64,000 nucleotides of DNA from a virus (lineage: Duplodnaviria > Caudoviricetes). Positions 37,891 through 48,953 of this stretch are shown here, piece after piece. The DNA lies in the IMG/VR virus record IMGVR_UViG_2876334352_000001; one strand, written 5' to 3'. The stretch's first letter is position 1. Every line of letters starts with the position of its first letter. The translations under genes and the position numbers were made by a program. The notes under the pieces are model-generated. The model had not been told where the DNA came from and made no database searches. It saw only the letters and a program-made list of their open reading frames with translations.

Positions 37891-38484
37891 ATGATTGCAG
37901 CTGAAAAAATCCAAAGGCGAGAGCGAGATGCCTCTCTTCGAGACCTCTGGCGCACTCCCAAATGGTTGTTTATCGCCATCCAACGATTTATAGGCACTGA
38001 GTTCGATGTGGACGTCGCCTGCAACAAGGATAACGCGCTGTTGCCCAACTACATCGGCGTTGAGCGAGATGCGCTGAAAAGCAGCTGGGGTGAGCCTGGC
38101 ACCGTGGCATTTCTTAACCCGCCCTACTCCCGGATATCTCCTTGGATCGACGCAGCCATTAGGGAACAGGCGCGTGGCGTAACGACAGTCATGCTGATCC
38201 CACAGTCCCTCGATACCCAATGGTATGAACGCGCCACTGAGTGCGCCAACGAGACCGTTATTCTGTCTGGCGGCCGTGTGGCGTTTGTGGAGCCGGATGT
38301 CGAGCTGGGGCTGGTGGAGGTCAACGTGAATCCCGGTGGCAGTATGCTGGTCATCTTCCGTGGGTTTTGTCAGGAAGCTGGGCATGTCATTAGCAAGATA
38401 TCGCTGGCGGTGATGAAAAAGCTGGGCGGTTATGATCCTGCCAATGTCATCAGAAAGAAAAGACCAGTTAAGAAGGCAGCTTGA
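37891..38484 (+). CDS. Phage-type DNA N6-adenine methyltransferase
   Basis: WRTP, FDVDVA and FLNPPYS motifs. Confidence 0.9.
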   Translation: MIAAEKIQRRERDASLRDLWRTPKWLFIAIQRFIGTEFDVDVACNKDNALLPNYIGVERDALKSSWGEPGTVAFLNPPYSRISPWIDAAIREQARGVTTVMLIPQSLDTQWYERATECANETVILSGGRVAFVEPDVELGLVEVNVNPGGSMLVIFRGFCQEAGHVISKISLAVMKKLGGYDPANVIRKKRPVKKAA

Positions 38485-38683
38485 TACCAGTCTGGGAGTG
38501 TTTCAGAACCTGCTTCCGTATATATAAATAACTAAGTACTAATTATTAATATATACAGACGCAGGCTTTTTAAGACGTGATTTCCAAACAACTCCCAGAC
38601 CGTTTTACACCTCCAGAACCCACTGGAACCCCTCTTCAGACGCTCTAGAATCGATTTTATGAACCACAGTAAGGAAAACTATC

Positions 38684-38914
38684 ATGGTATACCCGACGAA
38701 CGTCGTAGCGCTCGTTGAGAGCGATTTTCTGGCCAAAGTGCGCGACATGATGAAAGATCGCGATAAGGCTTTCAGTCTCTACGAATGGTCGCTCAAATGT
38801 CTTCATTCAGGCGAGCACAAAGAGCTGGTGGAGCAGCTGTTAGGGGAACTCATCAATGAGGTGTTTGCCCTGAACGTCCAGCTTCATGGTCGAGAAAATA
38901 ATCAATCGAAATAA
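38684..38914 (+). CDS. Hypothetical protein
   Basis: AAGGA SD; 76 aa. Confidence 0.7.
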   Translation: MVYPTNVVALVESDFLAKVRDMMKDRDKAFSLYEWSLKCLHSGEHKELVEQLLGELINEVFALNVQLHGRENNQSK

Positions 38915-38916
38915 TC

Positions 38917-38960
38917 GGTAAGTACTTACCATTTAAAACGCAGATCGCCAGTGATAAAAT
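38917..38960 (+). promoter_or_regulatory. Operator plus extended -10 promoter
   Basis: Perfect palindrome GGTAAGTACTTACC; TG-A-TAAAAT at 38952-38960. Confidence 0.65.
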
Positions 38961-38966
38961 CTACCC

Positions 38967-39400
38967 GCTTTCCGGATTGATTCCGGCAGCTCGACCTGAT
39001 GGGTGGGGGATAGCGTCACTGGCGTCAGGTTTAAAAAAGCTCACTACCAGCGTAGAACCGGCACCGTTTAGGGGTTGGGGAAGGGGGAACCAAAGTGAGC
39101 AGAGAGAAGGGTCACTTTATGATTGTCGAGTCTGGAGTGTTTCGAGAGGTTGAATCCAGTACTCCCCTTCATAAAGTGTGGGAAGATCTCGGTTCTGGGG
39201 TGCTGTCATCCATAACTTCCCAAGCCTAAGCTGGCAGTAGACTTAGGTCATAACTTTTCAGGTTATGTAACGACCAGGTTGGTGAGGAAATTTTGTACTC
39301 ACCTCCCTGGGAAAGTATTACCTGAAAAGACAACCTCTCACTTCGTTCGAGGTGAACTTCACTCACTTCGTTCGTTCAGTTCAGGTTTTATTAAAACCTG
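38967..39400 (+). ncRNA. Candidate large structured RNA upstream of RNase H
   Basis: About ten consecutive or nested stems found by eye; G-tracts; own promoter. Confidence 0.5.
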
Positions 39401-39507
39401 TTCTGGGAAGTAAGTTTTTCTTTTCTAAAAATTTTTAATATTTACACGCACGCGTGCGCACACGCGCGAGGAAAAAAATCGTCGCGGCGCGCGATTCTGG
39501 AGCCACC

Positions 39508-40107
39508 ATGACGACGAAGACACCAGACCGACAAAAAACTGGCTGCCGCTCAAAGTCCAAACGAAACCACTACCATCCCCAGACCCGATTCAAAACTCCC
39601 GCAGTCGACTTCAATCCCCACCTTAAAACCGTAAAAGTGTTCAGTGACGGCTCCTGCCTCAAAAATCCGGGCGGGCCTGGTGGCTACGGCATTGTGCTCC
39701 AGTATCGCGATGAAGAGCGCGAGCTGTTCGATGGCTTCCACAGCACCACCAACAACCGCATGGAAATGATGGGCGCGCTGATGGCTCTGGAGCGGCTCAA
39801 GTACCCCTGTAACGTCATTCTGTATTCGGACAGCCAGTATCTCAAAAACGGCATGACGCTCTGGATGAAAGGCTGGAAGCGCAACGGCTGGATGACGTCA
39901 GAGAAGAAGCCAGTGAAGAATGTTGACTTGTGGAAACGACTCGATGCGGCGGCCAGTCGACATAACGTTCGCTGGCAATGGGTCAAAGGCCATGCCGGAC
40001 ATCGCGAGAATGAGATCTGCGACCGGCTGGCAAAGATAGCCGCTTTCGCCGCAGCGGATACCCCACACAAACAAGATATCGGTTTTTTGGTTCAAAATGA
40101 TAAGTAG
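39508..40107 (+). CDS. rnhA: Ribonuclease HI with basic N-terminal extension
   Basis: [36 protein letters not shown]. Confidence 0.95.
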   Translation: MTTKTPDRQKTGCRSKSKRNHYHPQTRFKTPAVDFNPHLKTVKVFSDGSCLKNPGGPGGYGIVLQYRDEERELFDGFHSTTNNRMEMMGALMALERLKYPCNVILYSDSQYLKNGMTLWMKGWKRNGWMTSEKKPVKNVDLWKRLDAAASRHNVRWQWVKGHAGHRENEICDRLAKIAAFAAADTPHKQDIGFLVQNDK

Positions 40108-40250
40108 GTATTTACCTACCACGTTAAATCAGTTATCTTATCCATCGTCAGGATGACGAAGCGTCGGTAAGGCGCTGTTCCACGGATGGAACGCTCAAAG
40201 GCGGCTGGCAATGCCAGCCGCAACTCTTTCTGACATTGAATGGATTTCTC

Positions 40251-40727
40251 ATGGCACACCAAACGCCTCTCACTTCTTTCAAAAAGCGCCCCCGTTCAAT
40301 ATGCCTTGCTTTGGCTGAGTTGTTTAGCGGCCGTGTTTCCGCACGTCTTGCGCAGCTTGAAGAGCGGGTGTTTGACCTGGAGGTGCGGGCTAATGCCCAG
40401 GCCACCACGATTGCCAATCTGGGAACGATTATCGCCGTCGATAAGGCTGGCGATTCCGCTAAATCCCGGAAGCACACAGGGAAAAACAATGGAAAATTTT
40501 CAAAGAAAGCGTCTGATGCCAATGGCCTACGCGCTAATTTGGGTTTCTCTGGCCGCGGCAGCAGTTCCAGCCGGTCAGAGTCTGTTGATGCCGGATTCAA
40601 CCACTACCACCACACCATCGTCGACGACACGCCTTCCAGAGAAAGCATCTGCCGCTCTGGATGGGATGTCTCTGGACACGATTCCGGGTCGTCCTGCGAT
40701 TTCGGATCTTCCTCCTGCTCCGACTGA
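40251..40727 (+). CDS. Hypothetical protein, coiled coil with Ser/Asp-rich tail
   Basis: ORF ends SGSSCDFGSSSCSD. Confidence 0.6.
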   Translation: MAHQTPLTSFKKRPRSICLALAELFSGRVSARLAQLEERVFDLEVRANAQATTIANLGTIIAVDKAGDSAKSRKHTGKNNGKFSKKASDANGLRANLGFSGRGSSSSRSESVDAGFNHYHHTIVDDTPSRESICRSGWDVSGHDSGSSCDFGSSSCSD

Positions 40728-40736
40728 GATGAAGGC

Positions 40737-40925
40737 ATGAGATTTAGTTTTCAGAAGACTTTCACTCTGCTGGTTGGGTTGTGCGTCCTTCTGCTCGGCG
40801 GTTGGGTCATGAACCTGTTGAAGTTGATCGCCAGCGGAGATCTGCATTCCCACGCCGGGATGACACTGGCCCGCGTCGTGGGGGTATTTCTGGTGCCGGT
40901 TGGCGGCATCCTCGGATTTTTTTAA
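40737..40925 (+). CDS. Small membrane protein
   Basis: Two TMs; GWVMNL..ARVVGVFLVPVG. Confidence 0.65.
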   Translation: MRFSFQKTFTLLVGLCVLLLGGWVMNLLKLIASGDLHSHAGMTLARVVGVFLVPVGGILGFF

Positions 40926-40990
40926 CGCTGAATGGTTTCATTGTTTGCTTAAACAACTTGTTTAATCACTTAACTAATAGGGAAAAACAC

Positions 40991-41416
40991 ATGTTAGGTT
41001 TTTTAAAAAAGAAAACGCGTAAAGCGGTTGTTGAAGTGAAAAAGATGGAGAACCGCGACGCTGTAGAAGCGACCGTCTGGGGTGCATACATGATCGCTTA
41101 TGCAGACGGCAACTGTGATGCAAAAGAAATCGCTATTCTGGAGAAGACCATCTCCGCATTGCCAGCTTTCTCACCGTTCGCGGGTGAGATCGCCCAGATG
41201 AGCAGCAATATTCGTGCTCGCTATGAAGCTTCTCCTCGTTCCGCCAACACACAGGCTCTTCGGGAGCTGGCTGATGTCGCCGGCACTCCAGAAGCCGTTG
41301 ATGTGTTGTGTCTCTGCCTGGATATTGCCGATCAGGATGGCATCGGCGAAGAAGAAGAGGTTGTGCTGAAGAAAATTGCTCAGGCGCTGCAGTTATCTCT
41401 GGATGCGTACATCTAA
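40991..41416 (+). CDS. TerB-like protein
   Basis: IAYADG...E and IADQDG...E..L.KIAQAL repeats. Confidence 0.82.
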   Translation: MLGFLKKKTRKAVVEVKKMENRDAVEATVWGAYMIAYADGNCDAKEIAILEKTISALPAFSPFAGEIAQMSSNIRARYEASPRSANTQALRELADVAGTPEAVDVLCLCLDIADQDGIGEEEEVVLKKIAQALQLSLDAYI

Positions 41417-41571
41417 TGGCGGAGAAATTAAGGCTGGACGTCGTCGCCATTCTTCTCGTGCTGGTCGTGCTGGTGGACTTCACTGGCAAACTGATGTCTA
41501 TCGCGGCAGATGGCGTGTTGGTTGGATTGGCTATCTACTTTGCCCAACCTCTACTTAAAAAATCGAAGTGA
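41416..41571 (+). CDS. Small membrane protein
   Basis: TAATG coupling; two TMs. Confidence 0.65.
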   Translation: MAEKLRLDVVAILLVLVVLVDFTGKLMSIAADGVLVGLAIYFAQPLLKKSK

Positions 41572-41698
41572 TCGCCGAGGGCCACCTGGCCCTCGATTCT
41601 TCTGGTTTAACCGTTATGACGCGTTTGCCCCCCTCTTCTGAATTGTCAGAATAAAGCAACCAAGAAAACAAATTATTTTAACAATTAAGGAAAAACAC

Positions 41699-42277
41699 AT
41701 GTGTGATAAATGCACCGCCGCTAACGCTGAAGTAAAGAAGATCATTAATGAAGTCGGGGCTAAAAAACTCGTAGGGATGCTTGATTCTATAACTGGTCAT
41801 GGTGACGCTCATCCTCTGGAGCGCATCATGGCCATCGTCCAGGTCATGGATTTATTTGACGAACCAATGAAAATCCTGATGCTTGCTCGTCACTTTGGCG
41901 GGGCGTATGTGGAAGAGCAAGAACGTGCCAATAAACTGCAGGCAACCCTGAACATGATGAGCGAACCAAAATGCGCGCCGGCGCCAGATCTCTCCGGAGA
42001 CAATATCGGCATTGAAAGCAAAGAGCGGGAGATCGCCAGCCTTAAGTCTTCTTTAGGCATGTTAATTACCGCCTTTAAACTAATGGCAACCCATAATGGT
42101 TTCAAAATGCCAGAGCTAACCGGCGATGAACATCCCGCTGCTATTCGCCAGCTGCTTGGTGCGATGGCGGATAATATGGATGAAGCGAAGAGCCGTATCG
42201 AAGACATGATGCGAGAACTTGCCCACCGCCACGATCTAAATGACCAGCCGCACAAGATGCAGCAAGTCAGCCACTGA
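41699..42277 (+). CDS. Hypothetical helical protein
   Basis: AAGGA SD, promoter cassette upstream, terminator downstream. Confidence 0.75.
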   Translation: MCDKCTAANAEVKKIINEVGAKKLVGMLDSITGHGDAHPLERIMAIVQVMDLFDEPMKILMLARHFGGAYVEEQERANKLQATLNMMSEPKCAPAPDLSGDNIGIESKEREIASLKSSLGMLITAFKLMATHNGFKMPELTGDEHPAAIRQLLGAMADNMDEAKSRIEDMMRELAHRHDLNDQPHKMQQVSH

Positions 42278-42288
42278 ACCTGAAATAG

Positions 42289-42310
42289 CAAGGGGGCGAA
42301 AGCCCCCTTC
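42289..42310 (+). terminator. Hairpin terminator
   Basis: AAGGGGGC-GAAA-GCCCCCTT. Confidence 0.65.
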
Positions 42311-42405
42311 CCCTCCTCCGTAGCCCTCTGTATAGATCTTTAACGCCTTTTCTTATCTGAGATAATAAAACCAATAGGAAAACAAATTGTTTATATGGTG
42401 GGATT

Positions 42406-42564
42406 ATTAGTGCTGCGCTTTCTGTCCTTGAGTCTTTTGCTTCGAACACCGGTATCGACCACAGCAAAGAGATGAACGTCGTCCATGACATCGTGGCCGA
42501 GTGCGAGAAAGAGATTGCGTTCATGCACCAGGTTCACGACTTCACTTATGGCGACGAACGTCAC
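42406..42564 (+). pseudogene. Truncated backbone gene at the defence-island junction
   Basis: Frame SAALSVLESFASNTGIDHSKEMNVVHDIVAECEKEIAFMHQVHD follows an intact promoter cassette; ATT at the expected start; abrupt switch to AT-rich sequence. Confidence 0.5.
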
Positions 42565-42682
42565 TGGAATAAGTGTTTAAGATTTGTACTACCTACATTG
42601 GAAGTGGAAATTATTTGGTAGGGATATAAGATCATATCCCTAAGCTCTTTTAAGAAAAAACTGCTTAATAACCTAATGTAAT

Positions 42683-45600
42683 TTAAATCCTTCCTCCAAC
42701 CCCTTTAAATTTTTCGATAAACGCCCCAATTTTTTGGAATACGGTCTGCTTTTTCGTTTTGTACTGAGGATTCAGTGGACTGAGTTTTGGTAGCGTCTCA
42801 TTTAACTCCGTTCCATTTTCGGTAGCATATTCCCGTTTGAGTGATGTACGGATATAGCGCCTTGCCGCCTCTTCATTGAGGTTTTCTTCCTTAATCAACG
42901 CTTCCGCTTCCCGTTGCTGTTCACGCTGAGCATAGGTAAAGAATGCATCAATGATACTGGCCTTATCCGGCATATCATCAAGGTTAGTTTGCTGAATAAA
43001 GTCAACAATCAGACCTTCTTTGGCACGGTTGCCCAGACTTGAGCGGATTAAGCGCCTGACCTCTTCAGTCAGGGCTTCTTTACCCTTTTTCTGACGGTTG
43101 TGGTCAAAAATTAGGCCCAGAATGTAGTCCAGGTTAATCTCTTGCGACTTGAGCAGGTCAATTTCAAACACCACGTCATCCCAGTCCGTGGTTGATGTAT
43201 CCCTGTCGTTTGCTGCTTTTTCACGTCGCTGCCAGTCCCGGATATCATTGTAAGCTGAGCGGTAGTCCTGAACTTTACGTTCGGCAGGGAGGCGAATGGT
43301 TTGTAATTCAGCAAATTTTTCATCATCCACGTAGTGCTCTGCTTTAAAGGTTTCTACCGCTTCCGGGTCACTAATATCAACCTTCTGCAGGGCTTTCAGC
43401 GTGGCAAATTCATCGTAGTTTTGCAGGATGTTTTCTGCCCGCAGATATTCACCAAACAGTTTGACGAAGGCTTTTTTCTCTTTTTCACTGTCGATACTGG
43501 CAGGGTCAGGGAAGCGCTGCTCCAGCTCCGAAACAATAGACATAAAACCTCGTTTAGCTTCGCCGGTTGCCGCATCGCTAAAGCCCTGCATGTACTCTTC
43601 GTAGCTTTTTTCCAGTACCACATTCTTGGTGTTTTTGTCGCCAAAAAGTGTAATGGCATCAATGGTGGGACGCTCCAGGTCCCTGAAAGTCACGATATTG
43701 CCGAAGGTTTTGGTTGCATCATAGATACGGTTGGTGCGGGAAAATGCCTGCATCAGGCCGTGATAACGCAGGTTTTTGTCAACGAACAGAGTGTTAAGCG
43801 TCGGGGCATCAAAGCCGGTTAAGAACATTCCCACCACGATGAGAAGGTCAATATCTTGATTTTTCACTCGTTGAGCTAAATCGCGGTAGTAGTTCTGGAA
43901 GCCGTTACTGTCGGTACTGAAATTGGTTTTAAAGTGGTTGTTATAGTCATCAATAGCTGAATCCAGGAATTCCTTTGCGCTGCTGTTCATCGCGCTGGTA
44001 TCAAAGCTTTCGTCAGTAATATCACCAATGGCGCTTTGCTCTTCATTTGCAGCAAAGGAGAAGATGGTTGCAACCCGAAGGCGTTTATAGCTTCCTGATT
44101 TTTTTGCTGCTTCTTCCTGTAGTACTTTAAACGTCGAGTAATAAGCTTTTGCCGCTTCCACACTGCTAACTGCTAACATGGCGTTAAAGCCCTTGGCTCC
44201 CGGGAAAGTGCGATGTGTTTTCTGGCGGAAGTTGTTCAGTATGTACTGTGTGATTTCCTGGATGCGCAGCGGGTGAAGAAAAGCCTGCTGATTTTCCGCG
44301 GCACTGAGTTTTTTCTCGTCGGTTTCGGTTTCCAGCGCCTTAAACTGCGGGCGGACATCGTTATAGTCCACCTTAAACTTCAGCACCTTTTCATCACGAA
44401 TGGCATCGGTAATCACGTAAGAATGTAACTCACGGCCAAAAACGCTGGCGGTCGTTTCCGACCCTAATGCGTTTTGCGGGAAAATTGGCGTGCCGGTAAA
44501 ACCGAACTGGTAATACCGTTTGAATTTCTTTTTTAAGTTCTTCTGTGCTTCACCAAACTGACTACGGTGACACTCATCAAAAATAAACACCACCTGCTGC
44601 TGATAGACGGGCAGGTCAGCTTCGGCTTTCATCAGGTTATTGAGTTTCTGAATGGTTGTGACGATGATTTTGTTATCGTCCTTATCCAGGTTTCTTCTGA
44701 GGCCTGCTGTATTATCCGAACCATTGACACTGTCCGGAGAGAAGCGCTGATACTCCTTCATGGTCTGGTAATCGAGGTCTTTCCTGTCGACCACGAAGAA
44801 GACTTTATCAATAAAGTCCAGTTCCGTAGCCAGACGTGCGGCCTTAAAGCTGGTCAGGGTTTTTCCTGACCCTGTGGTATGCCAGATAAATCCACCGCTT
44901 TCGGGTTTTGACCAGTTCTTCGCTTTAAAAGAGCTGTTGATTTTCCAGAGAATGCGCTCGGTGGCGGCAATCTGATAGGGGCGCATGACGAGCAGCGTCT
45001 GGCTGCTGTCAAACACGCTGTAATTAAACAGAACATTCAGCAGAGTATGCTTCTGGAAGAAAGTGGCGGTAAAGTCCTTCAGGTCCTTAATCAGAGTGTT
45101 ATCCGACTTTGCCCAGTTCATGGTGAAATCAAAGCTGTTTTTATCCCGTTTAGTGGTACTGGCAAAGTACCGGGTATCAGTCCCGTTGGAAATCACAAAG
45201 AGTTGCAGGTATTTAAACAGGGAGTTATCGCTGTTAAAGCTTTCCTTGCTGTAACGGTGTATCTGGTTAAAGGCTTCACGAATCGCCACGCCACGCTTTT
45301 TGAGTTCGATTTGCACCAGCGGCAGGCCGTTAACCAGAATGGTGACGTCATAACGGTTAGCGTGTGAGCCGGTCTGTTCAAACTGCTGAATGACCTGCAC
45401 CTTATTGCGCAGCAGGTTCTTTTTATCTATCAAATAGATGTTTTCCAGACGACCATCATCAAACGTAAAATCACAGATATAGTCGATATGGATTTTACGG
45501 GTTTTGTCCAGGCTGCTGTCACTGGGGCTGTCGAGATACTGCTCTGCGAAACGCCGCCATTCACTTTCGTTAAACACCACACCATTAAGACGCTGAAGCT

Positions 45601-45799
45601 GGTCCCGCACATTCGCCAGCATCGCAGTCGGTGACTTAACGGAGATAAACTCATAGCCCTGATTAAGAAGGTCCTGAATCAGCTCCCGCTCAAGGTCCAA
45701 TTCGCTCTGGTAGCTGTCACCGGTATCCATAACTTTGGTGAATTTATCAAGGACGATAAAGTTATTGGATTCAGCAATAGTGTGTATTTGATGAGTCAT
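42683..45799 (-). CDS. hsdR: Type I restriction subunit R (EcoR124/type IC)
   Basis: QIELK nuclease motif, [26 protein letters not shown]. Confidence 0.96.
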   Translation of the reverse strand: MTHQIHTIAESNNFIVLDKFTKVMDTGDSYQSELDLERELIQDLLNQGYEFISVKSPTAMLANVRDQLQRLNGVVFNESEWRRFAEQYLDSPSDSSLDKTRKIHIDYICDFTFDDGRLENIYLIDKKNLLRNKVQVIQQFEQTGSHANRYDVTILVNGLPLVQIELKKRGVAIREAFNQIHRYSKESFNSDNSLFKYLQLFVISNGTDTRYFASTTKRDKNSFDFTMNWAKSDNTLIKDLKDFTATFFQKHTLLNVLFNYSVFDSSQTLLVMRPYQIAATERILWKINSSFKAKNWSKPESGGFIWHTTGSGKTLTSFKAARLATELDFIDKVFFVVDRKDLDYQTMKEYQRFSPDSVNGSDNTAGLRRNLDKDDNKIIVTTIQKLNNLMKAEADLPVYQQQVVFIFDECHRSQFGEAQKNLKKKFKRYYQFGFTGTPIFPQNALGSETTASVFGRELHSYVITDAIRDEKVLKFKVDYNDVRPQFKALETETDEKKLSAAENQQAFLHPLRIQEITQYILNNFRQKTHRTFPGAKGFNAMLAVSSVEAAKAYYSTFKVLQEEAAKKSGSYKRLRVATIFSFAANEEQSAIGDITDESFDTSAMNSSAKEFLDSAIDDYNNHFKTNFSTDSNGFQNYYRDLAQRVKNQDIDLLIVVGMFLTGFDAPTLNTLFVDKNLRYHGLMQAFSRTNRIYDATKTFGNIVTFRDLERPTIDAITLFGDKNTKNVVLEKSYEEYMQGFSDAATGEAKRGFMSIVSELEQRFPDPASIDSEKEKKAFVKLFGEYLRAENILQNYDEFATLKALQKVDISDPEAVETFKAEHYVDDEKFAELQTIRLPAERKVQDYRSAYNDIRDWQRREKAANDRDTSTTDWDDVVFEIDLLKSQEINLDYILGLIFDHNRQKKGKEALTEEVRRLIRSSLGNRAKEGLIVDFIQQTNLDDMPDKASIIDAFFTYAQREQQREAEALIKEENLNEEAARRYIRTSLKREYATENGTELNETLPKLSPLNPQYKTKKQTVFQKIGAFIEKFKGVGGRI

Positions 45800-45919
45800 A
45801 GCGCATCCTTTGTGCCGTCTGGCAAGGGCCGGAAGGGGGGAATGGTGACTTCCGGTGCGTAAAAAATAGTCTATATACTGACCGGGTGTTAAGGTGGCCC
45901 GATCGGTAGCAATGGTCAA

Positions 45920-47193
<1,274 letters not shown>

Positions 47194-47197
<4 letters not shown>

Positions 47198-48750
47198 TTC
47201 TGCACCTCGCAGCCTTCAATTTCAGCCACAATTGTATCAATGTCTTTACGTAACTGATCGATTTTGCTGACGGTGGTTTTTAGCTCGACATTCAGCTCAG
47301 TGATATTGACAATTTCGCGGGTATCTTTGGCTGCCACATAGCTGCTAACCGACAGGTTATAGTCATTCGCTACAATGGTTTCAAACGCGACAGATTTTGC
47401 CAGATGAGCAACATCTTCCTTGCTGGCAAATACCTGCATAATCTGGTCGATATGGGCATCGGTCAGGATATTGTTGTTAGTCTCTTTTTTGAACAGTTCG
47501 CTGGCGTCAATAAACTGAACGTTGGTATCCGTTTTATGTTTAGACAGCACCAGAATGTTTACAGCAATAGTGGTGCCAAAGAACAGGTTCGGAGCCAGTG
47601 AAATCACGGTTTCGACATAGTTATTGTCAACCAGATACTGACGGATTTTCTGCTCCGCGCCGCCACGGTAGAAAATACCGGGGAAGCAAACTATTGCTGC
47701 ACGCCCCTTAGCAGACAGGTAGTTAAGCGCATGAAGCACGAACGCAAAGTCAGCTTTTGATTTTGGTGCCAGCACACCTGCCGGAGCAAAACGCTCATCG
47801 TTAATCAGGGTCGGGTCGTCACTGCCAATCCACTTAACTGAGTACGGTGGGTTAGAGACGATCGCGTCAAACGGTTTTTCATCGCAAAAGTGAGGCTCAG
47901 TCAGGGTATTCCCCAGTCTGATATCAAATTTGTCGTAGTTGATATTGTGCAGAAACATGTTCATACGCGCCAGGTTGAACGTCGTATGGTTGATTTCCTG
48001 ACCAAAAAAGCCTTCTTCGATGATGTGGTTATCAAAATGTTTTTTCGCCTGCAGCAGCAGTGAGCCCGAGCCTGCAGCAGGGTCATAGATTTTGTTGACG
48101 TGAGTCTGACCGTGCATCGCAAGCTGAGCAATCAGCTTAGAGACATGCTGAGGTGTGAAGAACTCCCCGCCAGACTTACCGGCATTCGCCGCATAGTTAG
48201 AAATCAGGAACTCGTAGGCATCACCAAACAGGTCAATCTGGTGCTCGTTAAAATTCCCCAGTTTTAGCCCCTCAACGCCTTTGAGAACGGCGGCAAGACG
48301 GGTGTTTTTGTCTTTGACTGTGTTACCCAGTCGATTGCTGGTCGTATCGAAATCGGCGAACAGGCCTTTGATGTCGGCCTCCGACGGGTAGCCGTAGGCA
48401 GAGCTTTCTATAGCGACGAAGATACTGTTTAAATCAGCATTTAGCCTGTCGTTGGTGTTCGCTTTAGCGGCAACGTTGCAGAACAGCTGGCTCGGGTAGA
48501 TGAAATAGCCTTTAGTCCTGATGGCATCGTCTTTGATGTCATCGGTAATGATGCTGTCATCAAGTGCTGCATAATGTATGCTCTCATCCCCTGCTTCCAT
48601 GTAGCTGGAAAAATTCTCACTGATGAAGCGGTAGAAAAGGGCACCGAGTACATACTGTTTAAAATCCCATCCATCTACGGAGCCTCTGACATCATTGGCA
48701 ATGGCCCAGATTTGGCGGTGTAGCTCTGCACGCTGCTGAAGGCTTGTCAT
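47194..48750 (-). CDS. hsdM: Type I methyltransferase subunit M
   Basis: [20 protein letters not shown]. Confidence 0.96.
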
Positions 48751-48926
48751 TTTGTATCCTGTTGTATGATTCTTAAGTACTGTTATTGGCCCGATTTTAT
48801 CGCAATTTCATATTGATGACAGGCTTTGTATGTCATACGTTGCACTGAGAGTTCGTTTGCCCGGTTGTGTAGCCAACGTTCTTTCAGTCAGGCCAGTAGA
48901 AACGTTGCGCTGACGATAAATACTGA

Positions 48927-48949
48927 AGCCCCGATACTATCGGGGCTGA
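48927..48949. terminator. Hairpin after the DUF262 gene
   Basis: AGCCCCGATA-C-TATCGGGGCT. Confidence 0.5.
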
Positions 48950-48953
48950 ACGT

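Noticed and set aside
38967-40107. Retron or group II intron
   Set aside because: No reverse transcriptase in the window and no recognisable intron domain V
40147-40234. tRNA gene
   Set aside because: Cloverleaf-like, but no TTC T-loop, no 7-nt anticodon loop and no CCA
40991-41416. Tellurite resistance operon or IncHI backbone
   Set aside because: Only a solo TerB-like gene; no terZACDE or conjugation genes in the window
45800-45919. PrrC anticodon nuclease, or an N-terminally extended HsdR
   Set aside because: The gap is only 120 bp; the real HsdR start is MTHQ at 45799 with an AAGGA SD
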